DNA of 59,185 bases from Chthonomonadaceae bacterium. GTDB taxonomy: Bacteria; Armatimonadota; Chthonomonadetes; Chthonomonadales; Chthonomonadaceae. Where the stretch lies: positions 1-59,185 of the forward strand of contig DASRGZ010000038.1 in assembly GCA_035650735.1 (NCBI GenBank). The letters run 5' to 3'. Of the stretch, positions 38,128 to 47,043 are shown piece by piece (position 1 is the stretch's first letter; every line of letters begins with the position of its first letter). Below the pieces are notes generated by a model. The model was not told the DNA's origin. It ran no database searches and saw only the letters and a program-made list of their open reading frames with translations. A program made the position numbers and the translations under genes.

Positions 38128-40209
38128 TTATTGTTTTAGCGAGGCCCAGTTAGCGTGGGGCCAGATGGTCTGCGCCCAATCGCAGATGCTGTTGAGCAGA
38201 GTGCCGTCCACACCGAGGGCGCGCATGTTCGGGATCATATACCACATCCGATCTATCCAGGGGCCGCCCTCCGGATTGTTGCCTGGCAGCTCATTGGGGT
38301 CTACTATCTCGCTGGCATAGTACTGGGCCGGCGTGTACTGTCGCGCCTTATCAAACCACGTCTGCACGACCGCCGTGACAATCGCCCTCTGCGTCTTGGT
38401 ATCTATGCCCTGCCACAGGCCGGCCCACCGGCCTCCCAGCGTCAGCTTGCTGATATCGGCGGCATCCTTGAAGTTCCAGCCATTGAGATAGTCATCCGGG
38501 CCGATGCCGTTGTCGGCGTTCTGCATGGCCTTGACCATCAGGCTCGTCAGACGCAGCGCGCCCGGCGCCGTACTCGATTGATTGAGGTTCATCACGAACG
38601 AATACAGGTATCCCCAGTCTACCGGATAGCTAGCAGCGGGCTGGCGATTGCCGCTATTGACGATGGCCTGTATCTGATACCAGGCGTTGGAAAGGTAATC
38701 GCTGGTGAGCGTAAACAGGCTCAAGGGGCCGGCGCCGCTCTCCACACGGATGCCCATCATGAAGGGCGAAATGACAAAGGGGATTCCGTTGGGCCAGGTG
38801 CGCGTCTCGCCGGTTGGACCGAAGATATCCTGGCCGTAATCCTCCAGCGCGAACTCCTGTAGCAGTTCCCATTCCTTGACCATCTGCCACAGCCCGGTGG
38901 AGTAGATCTTTTCGGCCCATTCCGGCGTCCAGGCCGAGGGATCGATGTTGTTCTTGGTGGCGATAAACTGGCGGCGCTCGACATCCCAGCTATCCAGATC
39001 ATCCTTCAGGCCGGAGCTAATGTAGTCCCCGCGATTCGGATCAGAGAGATTGGCGCGCAGATTCCATTTGGCGCTTCCCCCTCCCGAGCCATCGTACATC
39101 GTGAGCAGGTTCGAATTGACAAACTCACTTCCCCAGGCATCCTTGGGATGAATACGGGGCAGCCAGCGGTTCCAGTCCAGCAACTGCAAGGCTATCGGCA
39201 GTTCCCGCACGTTGAGCGTCTTCGTCGTAGCCACCGCGCTCTTGCTGATGCCATGGGGGAACAGGTAGGCCAGCATGTCGCTATCTTTGTCTAAGACCCA
39301 GTCCAGCCCGGCTCCCGCCGCCCACTCTGAGGCCGGCCTGGAATCCAACCCGGGTCCGGGCTGGTAGGGCGGGTTCCAGGGGCGTCCGGGATGTGGCGTG
39401 GGCAGAGAGCGGACGTAGCTGGCTATCAAGAGGCCCTGCTGCTTGGTCAGGCCGTGGAAGACAGAGCGCTCGATGATGGCTTTGTTGGAGTAGTTGAAGT
39501 ACTTAAGGTCGCGGCCATCGCGGGCATGACAATCGGCGCACTTCGCCTGGATGTGCTTGTTCGGGGACAGCGGCGACTCGATCAACGTGGCAGTAGTCCA
39601 GAGATTGCGCCCCTGGGCGATCAGGTCAGGATTACGATAGGGCGGCTGCCAGGTATTGGGATCGTCCTGAATGAAGGTGCTGGCCGGCAGCATCTTCTGG
39701 CCGAATTGGTTAAGGAAGTTGAAGGCAAGCACGCGGTAGCCCATGGAGAGGCCATCCGTGCCGTTGAAACGGAAGCGAAGGATGTTGCGGCCATCCACGA
39801 TGGCCCCGGGAGCCAGCGGCAGGGTCAGTCGGATGGTGGCATAGGCGCCGCCGATGCCGCCATAGCTCTTTTCCGGCTCGGTGATTCGAACGGTGGAGTT
39901 GTTGAGATTGATCCAGGGCCCGTTGTTAATCTGGATGCTGGCCTTGTTGGGGTAGCTCAGGCCATGCACCTGCATCCACAGGCCGGTGATCTGCCGCACC
40001 GCCGTACCGGGATGATAATAGACGGTTGCGTCATAGGTGGTGCCTGCCGCACCCAGTACCTCCAGAGGCAGCCGCACGGGTGGCAGTTTCACCGGCGGCG
40101 GGCCAATAGGCACTGGCAGGATCCTGGGTGGGGCCCACGCCAGCGAAGATACGAGTAGAAACCACAGGAATGGGATTCCACGAGCGACCTTGTAATGACT
40201 GCGGGACAT
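38128..40209 (-). CDS. Large secreted hypothetical protein with a single CxxCH heme c motif
   Basis: AAGGAG RBS before ATG 40209; signal peptide FLWFLLVSSLAWA; KCADCHARDG. Confidence 0.8.
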   Translation of the reverse strand: MSRSHYKVARGIPFLWFLLVSSLAWAPPRILPVPIGPPPVKLPPVRLPLEVLGAAGTTYDATVYYHPGTAVRQITGLWMQVHGLSYPNKASIQINNGPWINLNNSTVRITEPEKSYGGIGGAYATIRLTLPLAPGAIVDGRNILRFRFNGTDGLSMGYRVLAFNFLNQFGQKMLPASTFIQDDPNTWQPPYRNPDLIAQGRNLWTTATLIESPLSPNKHIQAKCADCHARDGRDLKYFNYSNKAIIERSVFHGLTKQQGLLIASYVRSLPTPHPGRPWNPPYQPGPGLDSRPASEWAAGAGLDWVLDKDSDMLAYLFPHGISKSAVATTKTLNVRELPIALQLLDWNRWLPRIHPKDAWGSEFVNSNLLTMYDGSGGGSAKWNLRANLSDPNRGDYISSGLKDDLDSWDVERRQFIATKNNIDPSAWTPEWAEKIYSTGLWQMVKEWELLQEFALEDYGQDIFGPTGETRTWPNGIPFVISPFMMGIRVESGAGPLSLFTLTSDYLSNAWYQIQAIVNSGNRQPAASYPVDWGYLYSFVMNLNQSSTAPGALRLTSLMVKAMQNADNGIGPDDYLNGWNFKDAADISKLTLGGRWAGLWQGIDTKTQRAIVTAVVQTWFDKARQYTPAQYYASEIVDPNELPGNNPEGGPWIDRMWYMIPNMRALGVDGTLLNSICDWAQTIWPHANWASLKQ

Positions 40210-40467
40210 AGGCTTCTCCTTGACGTACACTCGGGTCGCAGATAGATTTACCTAACTGTTCCAGACCGCGCCTGCGCTGCAAGGCAGGTGCGGCAACAAC
40301 GAGAGTAACGGGCCTGGCTCAGCTTAAACGGTAGAGGGACGCGATTGCCGACCCACCGCTTTTGCTGTACTTCAAGAAGAGGCGCGACTCCTATTCCCGA
40401 CCATACCTCCTATCGGTTGTTTCGGAGTGCATCCAATTTGTGCCTGCCAGCTTCCCGACGGTAGACA

Positions 40468-40578
40468 CCCGCAACCGTGTGCCCTCTCTCAAAAGCGATG
40501 CGCTCGGCGGAAAGGGGAAGCCCTGCGGCTCATTGGTGTTCCCGCAACCGTGTGCCCTCTCTCAAAAGCGATGCGCTC
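40468..40578 (-). repeat. Two identical 38-bp direct repeats with a 35-bp spacer (CRISPR-like geometry, no cas genes in window)
   Basis: CCCGCAACCGTGTGCCCTCTCTCAAAAGCGATGCGCTC at 40468-40505 and 40541-40578. Confidence 0.9.
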
Positions 40579-40752
40579 CACGAGAGGCATCAACACCATT
40601 GGGAACGAGTATCTTCCTGACTGGCAGTAGCAAGAGATCGTGCCTCTGCCGGCAAAGGCCCTGGCTCCATGCGAACAAAGAACCGCGTTTCTGCAACGAA
40701 TTGCGGAAAAGGCCGATGCCGGGCAGTTACCGCACGGGCAGTTGATAGAGAC

Positions 40753-40781
40753 AGTATACCTTACAGGCTGCCTATTTGCAA
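40753..40781 (-). promoter_or_regulatory. Sigma70 promoter driving the long leader
   Basis: Minus strand TTGCAA (40781-40776), 17-bp spacer, TATACT (40758-40753), T-rich UP-like tract upstream. Confidence 0.75.
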
Positions 40782-40804
40782 TAAAAAATGTGTCTTGCGG
40801 CCCA

Positions 40805-41788
40805 CTACACCCGGAGGACACCGCCGGGCGCTTTGCCGATCTCTATTAGCTGGCGCGGCGGGCGCGTGGTCAGCCAGAACAGGTGCCGGAGGACGCGCCG
40901 CTGCCAGCGCTGCTCCTCCGGCGTACGCCGCGCCAGTGGCAGATAGGTTTTGAGCAGGCGCAGGGGCAGATAGAGCAGCATCAGGAGCCGCCAGGCCGGG
41001 CCTGCCACGCGTGGGTAGTGTTTGTCGAAATAGAGGTACTCGCTCAGGGTCATCTGAGCGGCCATAGCAATGCCGCCGGTTCCGCCGCGCTGTACCGTCT
41101 GCTTGCCGATATGAATAATATGGGCCTCCGGGCACAGCAGGTTACGCCAGCCGGCCTGCCGCATCCGGTAACACCAGTCCACCTCCTCGTAGAAGATGAA
41201 GAACCGCTCGTCCAGCAGGCCCACCTGCTCCAGCGCCTCCCGCCGCACCAGCAGGCAGGAGCCGCGCAGCCATTCCACGTCCGCCGCTGTATCGTGGATG
41301 GCGGGCGGATAGGAGAGCACGCAATAATCCGCGTAGCGCTGGAACAGGATATGCCGGAGTTGGCGCAGCAGGGTCGGAAAGCGGACGCAGGTATCCTGGA
41401 GGGTGCCGTCGGGATTGAAGGTCTTCGGGCCGACGATGCCTGCCTCCGGATGCCTATCTGCAAAGGCAACCAGCTTTTCGATGGCCCGGTCCAGAATGAC
41501 CGTGTCCTCGTTGAGCACCAGGAAGTAACGCCCCCGCCCCACGCGCAGCACTTTGTTGTGATTGGCTCCAAACCCCTCACGCCGCTCGTTGCCGATCAGA
41601 CGAACGGCAGGGAATCGGGCGCGCACCATCTCGCGGCTGCCGTCTGTGGAGACGTTATCCACCAGGTAGACCTCCATCGAGAGCGCCGGGCTCGTCTGTT
41701 CAAACAGCGACTCCAGACACTTCTCCAGCAGCGCACAGTTGTTGGTGTTGACGATAGAGACCGTTACATCCGGTCGCCGGGCTTCCAT
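40805..41788 (-). CDS. Glycosyltransferase family 2 (WbbL-like)
   Basis: VSIVNTN, VDNVSTDGS, GFGANHN, LNEDT, GLLDERFFIFYEEVDWCYR. Confidence 0.92.
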   Translation of the reverse strand: MEARRPDVTVSIVNTNNCALLEKCLESLFEQTSPALSMEVYLVDNVSTDGSREMVRARFPAVRLIGNERREGFGANHNKVLRVGRGRYFLVLNEDTVILDRAIEKLVAFADRHPEAGIVGPKTFNPDGTLQDTCVRFPTLLRQLRHILFQRYADYCVLSYPPAIHDTAADVEWLRGSCLLVRREALEQVGLLDERFFIFYEEVDWCYRMRQAGWRNLLCPEAHIIHIGKQTVQRGGTGGIAMAAQMTLSEYLYFDKHYPRVAGPAWRLLMLLYLPLRLLKTYLPLARRTPEEQRWQRRVLRHLFWLTTRPPRQLIEIGKAPGGVLRV

Positions 41789-41793
41789 GGAGC

Positions 41794-42795
41794 CTATCCT
41801 CCTTGCCAGATCGGGGGCAGATTGCGGGCTATCTCGATATTGTCGAAGCGAACCGGCCGCGCTGGCCCGCGCGTTAAGACCCACTCCGCCATGCGGCAGA
41901 GGCCGGCTCGCAGGTCAATAGGCGGCGGCGGGTTGAAGACCTGGCGCACCCTGGCGTGATCGGAAAAGGCGTGCACCACTTCGCTGCGGGCGTCCAGGTG
42001 CCGGATGCGCAGGGGCTTATCCAGGGCGCGCGCCACTTCGGCGGCCAGTTCCAGGACGGTATAGGGCGTGTCGGCCCCGACGTTGAAGACCGCGTTCCTG
42101 GCCGCCGGCACGAGCGGGCTGCGAGCGATCAACGGCGCCACGTCGTCCACATGGGAGAAGGCGCGGGTTTGCAAGCCGTCGCCGAAGATGGTCATCGGCT
42201 GGCCTTGCAGAAGCTGGTTCATGAAGATGCCGATCACGTTGCGGTATTTGTCCGCGATATTCTGCCGCTCGCCATAGACGTTGTGCGGTCGGAAGATGAT
42301 GTAGTTGAGGCCGAACATCTCGTGCGCGGCTTGCAAATCCAGCTCCACCGCGTACTTGGAGATGCCGTAAGGGTCTTCGGGCCGGGGCGTGAGATCTTCG
42401 GTCATGGGCACCTGGTTCTTGCCGTAGACGGCGATGGAGGAGGTAAAGACGAAGCACTTCACCTCATGCCGGACGGCCTCGTTGATCAGGTTCATGGAGG
42501 CGATCAGATTGGTCTGGTAGTTGTAGCGGCGAATGAAATGGGAGAGGCCCTCGGCGGCGTAGGCCCCCAGGTGATAGACGTAGTCGTAGGGGCCGTGCTC
42601 CCAGAGCGAGGCGACAAATGCCGGGTCGCGCAGATCGCCCTGGACGAAGCAGCATCCGGTCGGCACGTTTTCCCGAAAGCCGCCCGACAGGTCGTCCGCG
42701 CCCACGACTGCCATCCCCAGCCCCAGACAGCGTTCCGCGACATGCGAGCCAATAAAGCCCGCCGCTCCGGTAACTAAAGCTCTGATTTGTTTCAA
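41794..42795 (-). CDS. NAD-dependent epimerase/dehydratase
   Basis: TGAAGFIGSH, YGISK, RPHNVYG, GDGLQTRAF; TTG start with AAGGAG RBS. Confidence 0.93.
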   Translation of the reverse strand: MKQIRALVTGAAGFIGSHVAERCLGLGMAVVGADDLSGGFRENVPTGCCFVQGDLRDPAFVASLWEHGPYDYVYHLGAYAAEGLSHFIRRYNYQTNLIASMNLINEAVRHEVKCFVFTSSIAVYGKNQVPMTEDLTPRPEDPYGISKYAVELDLQAAHEMFGLNYIIFRPHNVYGERQNIADKYRNVIGIFMNQLLQGQPMTIFGDGLQTRAFSHVDDVAPLIARSPLVPAARNAVFNVGADTPYTVLELAAEVARALDKPLRIRHLDARSEVVHAFSDHARVRQVFNPPPPIDLRAGLCRMAEWVLTRGPARPVRFDNIEIARNLPPIWQGG

Positions 42796-43037
42796 CAGGT
42801 CCGCTCCTTACCGATGATTGTGCGTAGAACCTAATCCCATAGGAAGGTATCCCCATCTCGGCAAAGCGCCTGAGGGAATAGGCTCTTATTTCCAAAACGG
42901 ACAACGGCACAGCCTCCTGATCGCCTGAACAGGCTGGCCCCTTACCGTTGGTTTTGCTGCGCTCAGGTCATAGCACAGGTACAGCTTATCTTTGGGCAGG
43001 TCTGAACAGGTTGGCTCCTTACCGTTGGTTTTGCTGC
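42794..43037. repeat. Triplicated gene-junction sequence
   Basis: 36-bp copies at 42925-42960 and 43002-43037 (34/36 identical); degenerate third copy at 42794-42813. Confidence 0.8.
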
Positions 43038-43846
43038 TCCTGGTATTTGCGCCAGGCTTCCCAGCGTTTGGCCTCCTCGATGAACATGGTGACCGGCCCC
43101 CGAAAGAGCGAGCTGAAGAAGCCGAGGTAGCCGTCCTTATAGCCCTTCCACTGGACGTAGTAGAGGATGAACATACGGATGGCCCGGTACCAGAGGTACC
43201 AGGGTCGTGGAGGCTTGAGGGTCGCCGGGTCTGCCCGCTCCACGTCCCGGTCCGTATAGTAGTTGACCTTGCGGATAAACTCGGCGGCGGTGTGGTTGGT
43301 GAAATGCTCATAGTAGCCGTCGAGCACCTTGAGCGTGCCGGTCCAGGTGATCTCTTCATGCTCGGCCTGGCAGGCATAGCGGGCCGTGCCCTTGCGGAAC
43401 ATGCAGGGGCGCAGGCATAATTCGCGCAGTCCCACTCCATAGCGCATCGGCAGGCCGAACATGTGCTGGATGGAGGGAAAATAGTAGCCGGAAACGTCTG
43501 GATCGGGATTCTCCAATGCGCGCTGTATGCTCCGCTGAAGTTCAGGATTTAAGACCTCGTCGCTGTCGAGCCGGATGACCCAGTCCGCCCGCGCCTGCTC
43601 CATGCCGAAATTGACGTTGGCGAAGATATAGTCCTTGCGCTGAAAGACACGCACGTTGGGATAGCGTCGGCAGACCTCCACCGTGCTATCCGTGCTGAAC
43701 ATATCCACGATGACGATCTCGTCGGCCCAGGCGACGTTGTCTAGGCATCGTTCGATGATGGCCTCCACGTTGAAGGTGGGGATCACCACGGCGACCGTCT
43801 CGCGGCGCTGTTGGGATTCCAGGGCGTATCGGCTTTGCGTTACCAC
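43019..43846 (-). CDS. Glycosyltransferase family 2 (beta-1,4-glucosyltransferase-like)
   Basis: VIPTFN, VDMFSTDST, WVIRLDSDE, GYKDG. Confidence 0.9.
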   Translation of the reverse strand: MVTQSRYALESQQRRETVAVVIPTFNVEAIIERCLDNVAWADEIVIVDMFSTDSTVEVCRRYPNVRVFQRKDYIFANVNFGMEQARADWVIRLDSDEVLNPELQRSIQRALENPDPDVSGYYFPSIQHMFGLPMRYGVGLRELCLRPCMFRKGTARYACQAEHEEITWTGTLKVLDGYYEHFTNHTAAEFIRKVNYYTDRDVERADPATLKPPRPWYLWYRAIRMFILYYVQWKGYKDGYLGFFSSLFRGPVTMFIEEAKRWEAWRKYQEQQNQR

Positions 43847-43906
43847 GAAACACTCCTCATCGTCGTCTGATTTGCGGCCGTATCCGTCTGCGCCATTCGG
43901 TTATCG

Positions 43907-44009
43907 CCCTCACCCCCATCCCCTCTCCCGGCGCTGCGGGAGAGGGGAGAGACAGAGTTGGCTTCTTGTCTCCCTTCTCCCTAGCAGGGAGAGGGGCCGG
44001 GGATGAGAG
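43907..44009. repeat. REP-like family D doublet
   Basis: CCCTCACCCCCATCCCCTCTCCC...GGGAGAGGGG and CCCTTCTCCC...GGGAGAGGGGCCGGGGATGAG. Confidence 0.8.
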
Positions 44010-44016
44010 CCACTTT

Positions 44017-45729
44017 CTATCGCAGAAGCCCTGGTTTTGCCGGACGTCGGGCCATTCTGGGCGACTCTTGCTGCCATAGCTCGTATTCACCGGTCGCTGC
44101 CAGCTGCCGCAGGTGATCGAGAACGCCGGCCTTGCGAAACTGGGACTCGTCCGTGTTGATCGCAGGCTCCCAGAACTGAGGGGAAGCCGTATAGATGACC
44201 AGGCATGTGCCCGGCTTCAGCCAGCGCTGCGTGCTGGCCAGCCGGGGATCGTCCGGGTCGGGAGCCAGCTTGCAGGGCCTGCGCGTGACGTACCACGTCC
44301 AGTATGGATCGTTCGAGACAAAGCGCGCGGCGGCAGATGCCTGCAACTGCCGAACGCTCGGCAGCCGGCGCAGCGCCTCCGCCTGATGCCGGGTGATCGC
44401 TATCCAGGGCGCAACCTGGGTCGCCGCCGAAAGGAGCCAGAAAAGACAGAAGCCAGCCAGCGCGCGACATAGGAGCGGCCTGGCGTTCCATTGCTGTAGG
44501 AACAGGCTCCCGATAGCGATGACCGTGGCCACGATCAGGCCGGGGTAGCAAGGAGCGATGTACCGGGTGTTGATCGGGTCCAACGGCTTCCAGCATCCGA
44601 AGGCGTTAAGCACGACCAGATGCACCCCCGCATAGGCCAGCAGCAGCGCCAGAGCGGGAACGCCCGCCGCAGCGCCGATAATAGCCGGTCGCTCATGCGC
44701 ATTCGGCGACGGGGCGGCCTGCGGGACAGCCTCCTTCCGGCAGACACGATGACGGCGTGCCATCAGCGCCGCCAGAAGCCCGCCTGCTGCCAGCAAGAGC
44801 GTACACAGGAGCCAGCGCGAGGTCGGCATATAGCGGCCCAGCCCCATGCCCAGATGGGGAATGGGCGCGATGTCCACCCACAGGGAGCGCAGCGTATCCG
44901 CGGCATTGACTCCTGGCCCTCGCAGCTTGAGATGCCGGGTATGCCCCGTCAGGTCGCCGGTTACCAGCTTGTTACGCACAATCCAGAGCGCGAACGGTGC
45001 AATGGCCCCAAGCAGCGCCGATCCGGCTGGCCGGGCGCGCAGCAGGCCAGGCCGCAAGCCGCGCAGAACGAGCCAGCCGACAAAGACGATCAGGACGGCG
45101 ACGCCCTGGTAGCGCGTCAGCAGGGCCAGCGCGCAGCTGAGGGAAGCCACGGCCAGCCAGATGCCGGTGCGCCCACGGCGATCCGCCTCGATTCTCAAGC
45201 AGGCATAGAGGCAGAGCAGGGTCAGGAACGTATACAGCATCTCCGCCTCAATATAGGCCGACCACTTCGCCAGCGGTGTCCAGACGATGCAAATGATACC
45301 GGCGGCAAGGGCTAACAGGGCACACTGGCCGGCATTCAGCCCGTCTCTCTGGCGGGCGGCGAGGTGCGCGGTAAGGCAGACCATCAGCACCAGCAGCCCG
45401 AAGCTGAGGGCCACAGCTAGCCGCGCGGCATCTTCCAAAGGCAAACCCAGCTTATGCAGGCCGGCAATGAAGGCTGGAAAGGCGGGCGGCCACATTCCGG
45501 TCGCCGCCGTATCAGCCTCCGTGCGCAGGTCCGTGATGGACGTGACATAGCCCTGTCCCTGGGCAAGATTGCGCGCCAGAGACAGGTAGTTACACGAGCT
45601 TGTGCTTAACGTCGCTCCACGCCCGGTGGCGAACAGGCTCATGCCGAGCGCACCGAGGGCAAGCAGGCATGTCCCCCACCACAGAAATCGTGTGGGCTTT
45701 TCGATACGCATCTCCTGACCCCTATCCAT
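44017..45729 (-). CDS. Polytopic membrane protein, GT-C (ArnT/PMT-like) glycosyltransferase
   Basis: YLSLARNLAQGQGY, WPPAFP, AEMLY, LLTRYQG, many hydrophobic helices. Confidence 0.7.
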   Translation of the reverse strand: MDRGQEMRIEKPTRFLWWGTCLLALGALGMSLFATGRGATLSTSSCNYLSLARNLAQGQGYVTSITDLRTEADTAATGMWPPAFPAFIAGLHKLGLPLEDAARLAVALSFGLLVLMVCLTAHLAARQRDGLNAGQCALLALAAGIICIVWTPLAKWSAYIEAEMLYTFLTLLCLYACLRIEADRRGRTGIWLAVASLSCALALLTRYQGVAVLIVFVGWLVLRGLRPGLLRARPAGSALLGAIAPFALWIVRNKLVTGDLTGHTRHLKLRGPGVNAADTLRSLWVDIAPIPHLGMGLGRYMPTSRWLLCTLLLAAGGLLAALMARRHRVCRKEAVPQAAPSPNAHERPAIIGAAAGVPALALLLAYAGVHLVVLNAFGCWKPLDPINTRYIAPCYPGLIVATVIAIGSLFLQQWNARPLLCRALAGFCLFWLLSAATQVAPWIAITRHQAEALRRLPSVRQLQASAAARFVSNDPYWTWYVTRRPCKLAPDPDDPRLASTQRWLKPGTCLVIYTASPQFWEPAINTDESQFRKAGVLDHLRQLAATGEYELWQQESPRMARRPAKPGLLR

Positions 45730-45781
45730 CCTACAGCGCCGCTGGGTCTCGGCGTACCGATAGGCAAGGAAGTGACTACGC

Positions 45782-46786
45782 TTACCGCCCAGCGTGGGCC
45801 GCTATCGTCGGGGCGGTGGGACTGACAATCGTGTGCAGCGCCGGCAGGTCTACCAGCAGCAGCACACCGATGACCAATGTACAGAGCGCCAGCGCCGCCA
45901 TCAGCCTCGGTTCCCGGTAGAGTTTTTCCGGGTTCTCGACCGGGCTGTTGGGCTTAAACGCCAGCGAGAGATAGATCGCCATTACCAGAGCGACCAGCGG
46001 GAACGCCAGGATCAGTTCCATCCGATAGCGCATGATGAACGCGCCTAGAAAGAGCATGGCCGACGAGCCGTAGAACATGATGGAGACCAGCAGGCGCTCC
46101 TCCGTGTACGTGGCGAACGATTTGCGATAGGAGGCGGCCCGCCCGGCGTCGCCCAGGCTCCGGTATTCGGCATAGCGTTTCATCGCCATGAAGTAACAGC
46201 CGATCATCCAGTAGCTCAGCAGCAAGGAGGCAGGCGCGATGGATCGCGTTCCCACCAGCAGCCAGCCGGCCAGCAGGCGCAGAGGATTGTTGACGGCCTC
46301 CGACAGGACATCCACATAAGGCAGGTCTTTGCTGCGGACGGGCGGGATGTTATAAATGCAGCCCATGATCCAGAGCGCCAGCGCCGTTCCCATAAAGAAG
46401 GGCGAGATGCACAGGCCCAGAGCGACCCCGATGAGCATCAGCGCAATCCACTGCCCATAGGCGACGGGTAGGCTGACCTGACCGGAAGGCACCGGACGCG
46501 CCCATTTCAGCGGGTGCATTCGGTCGTAGGGGGCGTCCAGTACCTCGTTGAGGACGTAGTTGCTGGAGGCGATCAGGCAGATGGAGGCCAGGCCGAGTCC
46601 GCTGCGCAGCAGCAGGCCCGGCGGCACGCCGCCGCGATTGATGCCTATCGCCGCCACGATGCCCGGAAAGACAAAGACGTTCTTGCACCAGTGGTCAATG
46701 CGGGCGATCTGAAGATGGCCGCGCAGGGTGAAGCGCGCGGTTTCAGGCACAGGAAGGAGATTGGGTTTGAGTTCGAGCTGGCTCAT
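45782..46786 (-). CDS. UbiA family prenyltransferase (decaprenyl-phosphate phosphoribosyltransferase-like)
   Basis: RIDHWCKN, NYVLNEVLD...DRMHPLK.ARPVPSG, KRYAE. Confidence 0.85.
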   Translation of the reverse strand: MSQLELKPNLLPVPETARFTLRGHLQIARIDHWCKNVFVFPGIVAAIGINRGGVPPGLLLRSGLGLASICLIASSNYVLNEVLDAPYDRMHPLKWARPVPSGQVSLPVAYGQWIALMLIGVALGLCISPFFMGTALALWIMGCIYNIPPVRSKDLPYVDVLSEAVNNPLRLLAGWLLVGTRSIAPASLLLSYWMIGCYFMAMKRYAEYRSLGDAGRAASYRKSFATYTEERLLVSIMFYGSSAMLFLGAFIMRYRMELILAFPLVALVMAIYLSLAFKPNSPVENPEKLYREPRLMAALALCTLVIGVLLLVDLPALHTIVSPTAPTIAAHAGR

Positions 46787-46898
46787 CGGGCTTCCACGTT
46801 TCTCCACAGTACACCGTTCGCCATCTTGCTTGATAGAAGTCTTCTTGCGGGCGGCTGAAGCCGCAGCAACCATGGCACAAAGTCGCCCTGCGGCGGCA

Positions 46899-47043
46899 GC
46901 CCACCCCTCAAGGGATGGGCTGTGGACGGCAAGCCCGCTCAAGCGGGCTACCAGAGGCGGGTCAGTCTCCTTCTAGGGCTACAAGAAGGGAGAGCCCCGT
47001 TTACGGGGCTTGCCGTCCGCAGCCCGATCCTTTAGGGCCGGGC
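46899..47043. repeat. REP doublet family C
   Basis: 47005-47043 is a near-exact reverse complement of 31998-32037 (GCCCGGCYCTAAAGGAKCGGGCTGCGGACGGCAAGCCCC). Confidence 0.8.

Noticed and set aside
40468..40578. Calling this a bona fide CRISPR array
   Set aside because: Only two repeats, no cas genes in the window, no canonical GAAAC/GAAAG end, and the spacer base-pairs with its neighbours; kept as a repeat and a finding instead.
40210..40750. Known c-di-GMP-I/II, c-di-AMP or glycine riboswitch in the long leader
   Set aside because: The conserved cores of these classes could not be matched by eye; an Rfam scan is needed.
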